A stretch of 64,000 bases of DNA from assembly GCA_026003475.1 (NCBI GenBank), contig BPHJ01000001.1, positions 741,189 to 805,188 of the forward strand, given 5' to 3'. The notes under the pieces were generated by a model. It ran no database searches and was not told the origin of the DNA. It was given only the letters and a program-made list of their open reading frames with translations. This document shows positions 57,611 through 64,000 of this stretch, in pieces. Made by a program: the position numbers and the translations under genes. Positions within the stretch are counted from its first letter, which is position 1. Every line of letters starts with the position of its first letter. The stretch is from Candidatus Kapaibacterium sp. (GTDB lineage Bacteria; Bacteroidota; Ignavibacteria; Kapaibacteriales; NICIL-2).

Positions 57611-58618
57611 ATGAAAACAATCGGTGTCCTCATGGGCGGTATCTCGCCCGAACGGTACATCTCTTTTCGTAGCGGATGGGCTGTTGCCTCTGCAATCGAA
57701 GCTCTTGGGTATCGCGTGCGACGGATTGACCCAGCCAATGGTGCAGAAGGACTGATCGAATCATTTCCACCTATCCCAGACCATGCACCAACCGAGGAAG
57801 AACTTGCGCGCTATCAACCACAAGCGTACATTGCCTGTGTGACCAGCCCACTGGTGACTGAATGCGATCTTGTGGTCAACATGTTGCACGGTCCCTATGG
57901 GGAAGATGGCATCATGCAGACGCTGCTGGAGCTGTGCCACATTCCTTTTGTAGGCAGTTCTGCGCTTGCATGTCGCTTAGCAATGGACAAAGCGCGCGCA
58001 AAACTTCTCTTTACCGCAGCAGGCGTTCCAACTCCAGCTTGGCTAACCCTGGATCAAGGAACCGAACTGACAACCGAACTGCTGGGCGAACTCCGGCAAC
58101 AATTCCGCCGCGGCATGGTAGTCAAGCCAAACTGTGGTGGCTCGACCATCGGCATTAGCATTGTTACCAGTGGTAATTTCGACGACATCGAAATGGCACT
58201 CCAAACTGCGTGGAAATTCGACCGCACCGCGCTGGTTGAAGCCTACATCCCCGGCCGCGAGTTAACGGTGGCAATTGTTGCTGGCCGCACGCTGCCAATA
58301 ACCGAAATCATTCCCCACGATGGCTTCTACGACTATGCGCACAAGTACACGCCTGGTATGACCGACTACATTGTCCCCGCTGAGCTCGACGAAACGATTG
58401 AAGAATTTGTCGCTACGCTTGCGCTGTCTGCGCACCAGGTGCTCGGCTGCAGCGGTATTACCCGTGTGGATTTCCGGCTCGACGAGGACGGCTCCCCGTG
58501 GTGTCTGGAAGTCAATACCATTCCTGGCATGACCGAAACAAGTCTTGTACCCAAAGCCGCCGCCGCCGCCGGTATGTCGCTCGGCCAATTGTGTCAACTG
58601 TTGATCGAGGCACGCTAA
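57611..58618 (+). CDS. ddl: D-alanine--D-alanine ligase
   Basis: GGISPERYIS, LHGPYGEDG, MDK, GSTIG, FYDYAHKY, RVDF, EVNTIPGMT. Confidence 0.95.
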   Translation: MKTIGVLMGGISPERYISFRSGWAVASAIEALGYRVRRIDPANGAEGLIESFPPIPDHAPTEEELARYQPQAYIACVTSPLVTECDLVVNMLHGPYGEDGIMQTLLELCHIPFVGSSALACRLAMDKARAKLLFTAAGVPTPAWLTLDQGTELTTELLGELRQQFRRGMVVKPNCGGSTIGISIVTSGNFDDIEMALQTAWKFDRTALVEAYIPGRELTVAIVAGRTLPITEIIPHDGFYDYAHKYTPGMTDYIVPAELDETIEEFVATLALSAHQVLGCSGITRVDFRLDEDGSPWCLEVNTIPGMTETSLVPKAAAAAGMSLGQLCQLLIEAR

Positions 58619-59694
58619 TGGCACGCTCTCTCCAACTTCTCGGCCTGGGCAATGCGTTGGTGGATATCGAGTTCACTGTTCGTGATGAGGAACTCCGTGC
58701 AACAGGATTACGAAAAGGTGGGATGACGCTCGTTGATAGCGCAGCACAGCAGACATTGTTGCATACGCTACTTCTGAACCATCGCGGGCGTCTTTCAAGC
58801 GGTGGATCAGCAGCCAATACTATCGTCGCATTTGCGCAATTCGGTGGTACGGGTGGATACATGTCGGCGCTCGGTCAAGATGAGCACGGCGATTTCTTCG
58901 CGGGTGAGTTCGCCCAACTTGGTATCGCCCTCTTCGCCGAACGGATTACCAATGAACCAACGGGAACCTGCGTCGTCCTCGTCACCGAAGACGGTGAGCG
59001 CACAATGCAGACCTGCCTTGCAGCAAGTGATTGCTTTAACCGTGCAATGCTCGATCGGCGAGCAATCGAACACGCTGAGTGGCTCTACGTCGAAGGGTAC
59101 AAACTCACCAGCCCTCATGGTGCGGAAGCTGCCCGGGAAGCCATCTATCTTGCTCGGAAAGAGGGAGTCCGCGTCGCGCTGAGTTTTTCCGATGCGTTCG
59201 TTGTTACAAGTTGCCGAGAGCATATCAAATTCCTCCTACACGAGGTGGATATGGTGTTCTGCAACGACCGCGAAGCCTGTGCGTACTTCGATACCGACAA
59301 TCCCAACGACGCCTTTGCCGAACTCTGCGGACAAATTCCGAATGTGGTGTTCACACTTGGTCCGCACGGTTCGATGGTTCGGGTCGAGGGAGTCCAAGCG
59401 CGAATACCTGCATACCCAACGACAGTCGTTGATACCAACGGTGCCGGGGACATGTACGCAGGAGCATTTCTCTACGGGTTACTTCACGGGTGGGGGGTTG
59501 AGCGTTCGGGTCATGCGGCATCGAGTGCGGCAGCGCAGATCGTTGCTCAGTACGGCGCACGTTATCACGGGGACCACCGCAGATTGATCGGTAACGGTCT
59601 GGATGTTCAGCGAATCGGCGAGTCGGTAGTGGGCAATGACTCCCCACCAAACCCAGCAAGGAGTTCCCCAAGGGAGTTCTCGAGCGATTTGTAG
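58618..59694 (+). CDS. PfkB-family kinase (adenosine kinase-like)
   Basis: GLGNALVD, GGSAANT, ERTMQTCL, EGY, VDTNGAGDMYAG. Confidence 0.9.
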   Translation: MARSLQLLGLGNALVDIEFTVRDEELRATGLRKGGMTLVDSAAQQTLLHTLLLNHRGRLSSGGSAANTIVAFAQFGGTGGYMSALGQDEHGDFFAGEFAQLGIALFAERITNEPTGTCVVLVTEDGERTMQTCLAASDCFNRAMLDRRAIEHAEWLYVEGYKLTSPHGAEAAREAIYLARKEGVRVALSFSDAFVVTSCREHIKFLLHEVDMVFCNDREACAYFDTDNPNDAFAELCGQIPNVVFTLGPHGSMVRVEGVQARIPAYPTTVVDTNGAGDMYAGAFLYGLLHGWGVERSGHAASSAAAQIVAQYGARYHGDHRRLIGNGLDVQRIGESVVGNDSPPNPARSSPREFSSDL

Positions 59695-61355
59695 AACCCA
59701 ACACTATTGCCATTCCAGAGAGCAGCAAAAAGCAGGCGTTCTCCATCGGTAGAGCGGACTATGCCCGCAAGTCCACTGACATTCCGATGCGTTCCCGTTT
59801 TCGCACGGAGATTGTTCTCGGCGGGAGTTCTCCGCATTCGCCGCAAGAGGGTTCCTTCCTGTCCAGCAACCGACAACGAATTGAAAAACTGCTCACCCCA
59901 CGGTTGACGGGCGCTATATCGAAGCAGACCAATCAGGGAAGTAACCGTTACACGATTCCGACGTGAAAGTCCCGATCCATCGTACAACACGCAGCCATCG
60001 CTTGGTACCCCAATCGTATCCAGCAGTTGTGCAACGGTGCGATACGCGTGGACATTACACTGCGTATTTCCACAGCAATATGCTCCGAGAATTTTCATTA
60101 CGTGCTCGGCAATGAAGTTGTCGCTGTTCTTGTTGCATTGCTCGACCAACGCCGAAATCGGGCGTTCCCATGCAGCAAGCTCAGTAACAGTTGACGGAGT
60201 CGCGCCTGTGGTAACTCGTCCATCGAAAGCAATGCCGCTTGCGGTAAGGCAACGCTCGAACGCTCCAGCAACAACCAACGGCGGATTGAGCATTGTCACC
60301 GTAACGGACACGCTCGATTGTGTGCGGGGCATACCCAAAACATGGATCTGCTGTACGCCGCCATCGGTGAGCGTCGAAGTTACGCGAACAGGTTGGATAG
60401 CAGCGGTGCGCCGGCTGCGACGCGGCTTCTGTCTCATCACAAGCAGATCGCCATAACGCTGGCGCTTCCTTGATGGTCTGCGCATTTTGGGTGATGGTAA
60501 CGAAGGTATCGCGGACCACTGAACAGAAATCCCACTGCCAGCAGGGAAAGTTTGCACGCGGGCTCGGTTCCCAGCCGCCCGCGAGATTAGGACTGTAATG
60601 CGATTGCCTTCAAGTCCGAGCGCTGTAATTAGGGGAAGATTTTCCATCCGCTCCGCATCGCCGCTGTACTCCTGACGATCGGTAATCGGATCGAAGTACG
60701 ATGCATCCGCGATGATTGAGCCACGAACGCGACGCACACCAAGAGCACGGAGTTTCTCCGCTAGTACCTCGAGCTCACTAACGGTGAGCAAACAATCGCC
60801 ATGCCCGATAATGTACAGGTTCCCAGTGAGCGTTCCATTGTGGATTGCTCCATCGGTCGCCAGTACGGTGCGCACAGGGTAGGTTGGCCCCATCGTCGCG
60901 TAGGCAGCAGCAGTGTAGTAAAGCTTTGTGAGCGAAGCAGGAACAAGCAGCTCCTGTGCACCACGTGAGAAGAGTGTTGTATCACGATCGAGCGAATACA
61001 CAACCAATCCAAACCGTGTCCGCCGCAATGGCGGAGATGTCAGTAGCTGTTGGATTTGCTCAACAAGTCCGTCGTATCGACCTTTTGCAGTGTTTGCTGG
61101 CGTGGAATTATCGACGTAAGGATGATGGATGCTGTTGGATGGAGCACGTCGAGCCAACGCTGCTTCCGAAAGCACCAAAGACGTGCTCTGTTGTGCGTCG
61201 TGCTCAGTGGTACTGAACCGCTGGAAAGATTTGCCGAGTGTCCACCCAGCAACGAGGAACACCGCAACAGACACAATTGCTGCCGAGCACAGTACTGCAT
61301 GGTTGGTGGAATGCTGTGCACGTGTGTACCGGAGCATCGAGCGCAACGACATCAT
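59607..61355 (-). CDS. dacB: D-Ala-D-Ala carboxypeptidase/endopeptidase (PBP4, peptidase S13)
   Basis: PASLTK (SxxK), KNSDNF (SxN), DGSGLSR, AKTGT (KTG). Start uncertain. Confidence 0.9.
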   Translation of the reverse strand: MMSLRSMLRYTRAQHSTNHAVLCSAAIVSVAVFLVAGWTLGKSFQRFSTTEHDAQQSTSLVLSEAALARRAPSNSIHHPYVDNSTPANTAKGRYDGLVEQIQQLLTSPPLRRTRFGLVVYSLDRDTTLFSRGAQELLVPASLTKLYYTAAAYATMGPTYPVRTVLATDGAIHNGTLTGNLYIIGHGDCLLTVSELEVLAEKLRALGVRRVRGSIIADASYFDPITDRQEYSGDAERMENLPLITALGLEGNRITVLISRAAGNRARVQTFPAGSGISVQWSAIPSLPSPKMRRPSRKRQRYGDLLVMRQKPRRSRRTAAIQPVRVTSTLTDGGVQQIHVLGMPRTQSSVSVTVTMLNPPLVVAGAFERCLTASGIAFDGRVTTGATPSTVTELAAWERPISALVEQCNKNSDNFIAEHVMKILGAYCCGNTQCNVHAYRTVAQLLDTIGVPSDGCVLYDGSGLSRRNRVTVTSLIGLLRYSARQPWGEQFFNSLSVAGQEGTLLRRMRRTPAENNLRAKTGTHRNVSGLAGIVRSTDGERLLFAALWNGNSVGFYKSLENSLGELLAGFGGESLPTTDSPIR

Positions 61356-62719
61356 CGCGTCAGGTCGTTGTAGAACACAATCACCATGAGCGCAAGGATC
61401 AAGGCCATCCCGATCTGCTGGTATGCAAGCTTGACCTTTGTGGGAATTTCTCGCCGAAGGACACCCTCGATGAGCACCAGCACTAAGTGTCCACCGTCGA
61501 GAGCGGGAATTGGCAGTGCGTTCATTACCGCAAGAGTCAGCGACATGATTGCCATGAAACTCAAGAATGCAGCCGCACCAACATCAGCCGTTTGGGTTGC
61601 CATGCGTGCGATCATAATCGGTCCGCCAGCAGATTGCTTGAGCGATTGTTCGCCAGTAATGAGCATCTCGATGGAACGGAACAGCATGACTGTGTAGGAC
61701 CAGAGCTGTTCAGCACCGGCGCGTGCAGCCTCACCGATGGAGTAGTGGGTGGTGATGACTTCCCCTGTGATGGCATTCGACACCTGGACACCAATCTTGC
61801 CATCGGCATCGGGTGTGATGGTTGTGCGATGGACGCCGTCGCTTCGTTTGTAAACCAGCACTGCAGGCGTGTTCTTTCGAGCCTGAAGTTGTTCGATCAA
61901 CTGCTCCACCGAAGCCAGCGCCTGTCCATCGAGGGAAAGGAGCGTATCGCCTGGGTTCAAGCCCGCTTTACCGGCTGGACGGAGCGTTTCGACACCCAAG
62001 ACAACTGGTCGCATGCCATCGGGAACAATCCCCAAGTCAGGACGCTGGGAGATTGCCTGTCGCACATGCTGTGCCGGAAGGAGCAGGAGGGTGTCGCGCT
62101 CATTGCGGCGGACGGTGAGCTTGACATCGTGGCCGTAGGCACTACGCGCCAGATGCTGCAGAGCATCGCTGAACGTGGAAACAGGCTTCCCATTGATGCT
62201 GATGATTTCATCGCCAACACGAAGACCGAACTGTTGCGCAGCGGAATTCGGTGCAACGTAGGCGATGGTGCGTGTGGCAAGCTCTGTTTTCCCAACGGAA
62301 AACGTGACCCCTACCAGAATGCCCCAGGCAAGCACCAGGTTCATGGCAATGCCCCCAAGCACCATGAAGGCTTTTTGAGCGGTATTCTTTGCGCGGAACT
62401 CCCATGGTTGCGGCGGGGCAGCCGCGACTTCTGCATCGAGACTTTCATCAATCATCCCAGCGATTTTGACGTAGCCACCGATCGGGAGTAGCGACAGACG
62501 GTAGTCTGTGACGCCATCGGAACGCCATGTTGATGGAAGCGCACCCCAACGAAAGCCATCGCGCCGGTTCCAGCCGAAGAGACGCGGACCCATCCCAATG
62601 CTAAAAATTTCTGCACGCGTGCCGGTCAGCCTCGCAGCAAGAAAATGACCCAGCTCGTGCACGATAATCAAGGGAACAATCGCCAAGATGAAGTAGCCGA
62701 TGATCTGCAAAGTTTCCAT
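61352..62719 (-). CDS. rseP: RIP metalloprotease RseP with two PDZ domains
   Basis: HELGH, PIGGYVKI, two PDZ domains, NALPIPALDGG; follows dxr. Confidence 0.95.
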   Translation of the reverse strand: METLQIIGYFILAIVPLIIVHELGHFLAARLTGTRAEIFSIGMGPRLFGWNRRDGFRWGALPSTWRSDGVTDYRLSLLPIGGYVKIAGMIDESLDAEVAAAPPQPWEFRAKNTAQKAFMVLGGIAMNLVLAWGILVGVTFSVGKTELATRTIAYVAPNSAAQQFGLRVGDEIISINGKPVSTFSDALQHLARSAYGHDVKLTVRRNERDTLLLLPAQHVRQAISQRPDLGIVPDGMRPVVLGVETLRPAGKAGLNPGDTLLSLDGQALASVEQLIEQLQARKNTPAVLVYKRSDGVHRTTITPDADGKIGVQVSNAITGEVITTHYSIGEAARAGAEQLWSYTVMLFRSIEMLITGEQSLKQSAGGPIMIARMATQTADVGAAAFLSFMAIMSLTLAVMNALPIPALDGGHLVLVLIEGVLRREIPTKVKLAYQQIGMALILALMVIVFYNDLTR

Positions 62720-63882
62720 TACAGGGGACGGGAGAGCTGTGAAACAACATCGCGCGCTCGTAAGCGTGCCTGCCGATCGAGTTCAATAAGCGCTGGCAAA
62801 GACGTCTGCTCATCCACGAGCATTGCATCGAGTGTGCGCTCGATGACGCGCGGAATATCGGTGAACGTGATTTGCTTGGTCAAAAATGCCTCGACGGCAA
62901 CTTCGTTGGCAGCATTGACAACAGCGGGGGCGGTGCCTCCAGCACGAAGCGCTTCGAGTGCAATGCGCAGACAGGGGAAGCGGGCAACGTCTGGTTGCTC
63001 GAACTCCAAGACGTGAAGATCTGCCCACGCAATGCGCGGTAACTGGGTGGGAAGCCGTCGCGGATAAGTGAGTGCATAGTGGATCGGCAGTCGCATGTCG
63101 GGCACTCCGAGCTGTGCCTTGACAGACCCATCGCAGAATTCAACCAATGAATGAACGATGCTCTGCGGATGAATCAATACCTCAATTTGATCCGGTTGTA
63201 GCCCGAAAAGCCAATGCGCCTCGATGACCTCAAAGCCTTTGTTCATAAGGGTTGCCGAGTCAATGGTGATCTTCGCGCCCATGCTCCACGTTGGATGTTG
63301 AAGCGCTTGCTCAGGGGTAACACGATCGAGCGCATCGAGGGGAAGTTTGCGGAAGGGTCCGCCACTGGCAGTCAGCACGATGCGTTCGATTGCCTCTGGC
63401 TGCTCACCGATAAGACACTGGACAATGGCGCTATGCTCACTGTCAACGGCAAGTATTGGCACGTTGCGCTGGCGAGCAGTTGTGGTGATGAGCTTACCAG
63501 CGACAACGAGCGTTTCCTTGTTCGCAAGAGCGATCGTCTTTCCTGCCTCGATCGCTGCCAACGTCGGTGCAACGCCAGCAAAGCCGACAAGGGCAGACAG
63601 GACGATATCGCACGAACTCCACGCTGCAGCTTGGCAGATGCCCTCGGAACCACAGAGGATCGGTCCGCGAAACGAACTCAACTGGCGGAAACGGTGGTAG
63701 GCTTCCTCCGACCTGATTGCAACGCCGTATGGCTGGTATCGTTCGACTTGTGCGCAGAGGAGCTCAACGTTACTGTTGGTTGTCAGAAAGCCCAGCCGGA
63801 CGTCCCGATGATAGTGTTCGACGACCTCGAGAGCCTGCTGCCCAATCGAACCAGTCGAACCAAGAATAGTCAGTGTTTTCAT
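62719..63882 (-). CDS. dxr: 1-deoxy-D-xylulose-5-phosphate reductoisomerase
   Basis: LGSTGSIG, LANKE, VDSEH, TASGGPF, HPTWSMGAKIT, MNKG, NAANE. Confidence 0.97.
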   Translation of the reverse strand: MKTLTILGSTGSIGQQALEVVEHYHRDVRLGFLTTNSNVELLCAQVERYQPYGVAIRSEEAYHRFRQLSSFRGPILCGSEGICQAAAWSSCDIVLSALVGFAGVAPTLAAIEAGKTIALANKETLVVAGKLITTTARQRNVPILAVDSEHSAIVQCLIGEQPEAIERIVLTASGGPFRKLPLDALDRVTPEQALQHPTWSMGAKITIDSATLMNKGFEVIEAHWLFGLQPDQIEVLIHPQSIVHSLVEFCDGSVKAQLGVPDMRLPIHYALTYPRRLPTQLPRIAWADLHVLEFEQPDVARFPCLRIALEALRAGGTAPAVVNAANEVAVEAFLTKQITFTDIPRVIERTLDAMLVDEQTSLPALIELDRQARLRARDVVSQLSRPL

Positions 63883-64000
63883 GGAATGGGCACTGTCGCT
63901 GTAACATCTTTCCCCGATCGAGACGAGATGATCCGGAAGCTGTGTTGTGGGAGGGCAGGATCGGGTTCAATTCGCAACCGAATAAAGTGCCGGACCATGA
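63879..64000 (-). CDS. 3' end of a gene entering from the right edge; resembles the C-terminus of Rne/Rng ribonucleases
   Basis: Frame reads MVRHFIRLRIEPDPALPQHSFRIISSRSGKDVTATVPIP* with an ATGA overlap on the dxr start. The identity is recalled similarity only. Confidence 0.4.
   Translation of the reverse strand, partial: MVRHFIRLRIEPDPALPQHSFRIISSRSGKDVTATVPIP

Noticed and set aside
57611-58618. Ddl as a possible D-Ala-D-Lac (vancomycin-resistance) ligase
   Set aside because: The omega loop FYDYAHKY retains the Tyr of D-Ala-D-Ala ligases, and no van genes are nearby.
1-64000. CRISPR arrays, IS elements, prophage, rRNA, inteins, known riboswitches
   Set aside because: No regularly spaced repeats or transposase/integrase/phage motifs were seen; DnaB, DnaG and UvrA have normal lengths; intergenic gaps are short and lack riboswitch consensus sequences I can recognise.

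Overview
Densely coded bacterial chromosomal segment, moderately GC-rich by eye, with about 55 CDS, 3 tRNAs and very short intergenic spaces. It consists almost entirely of core genes: replication and repair (recQ, dnaG, dnaN, uvrA, dnaB, uracil-DNA glycosylase), translation and tRNA modification (rimM, Sua5/TsaC, gatA, mnmA), cofactor and lipid synthesis (folB/K/C, psd-pssA, dxr, purSQ, dapA), iron uptake (feoAB), PTS EI/HPr, Tat subunits, etfBA, a SpoIIE/STAS/RsbW-type partner-switching trio, dsbD, and the type IX secretion pair porU-porV. T9SS genes, recurring TAnnTTTG promoter elements and the general gene content suggest an FCB-group organism, plausibly Kapabacteria/Ignavibacteria-like; this is inference, not a database result. 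I see no integrase, transposase, CRISPR array, rRNA or prophage, and no clearly novel multi-gene system. The best leads are (i) a ~180-nt nested imperfect hairpin (candidate ncRNA) between dsbD and porU, (ii) an oxidoreductase ORF right after tRNA-Met that looks like only the C-terminal part of a larger fused protein, (iii) a sigma-less partner-switching module, (iv) a small unannotated membrane protein with its own promoter and RBS, and (v) candidate Fur-type and Rrf2-type operators. All product calls come from motif recognition by eye, and several start codons were moved downstream of the ORF-track starts.
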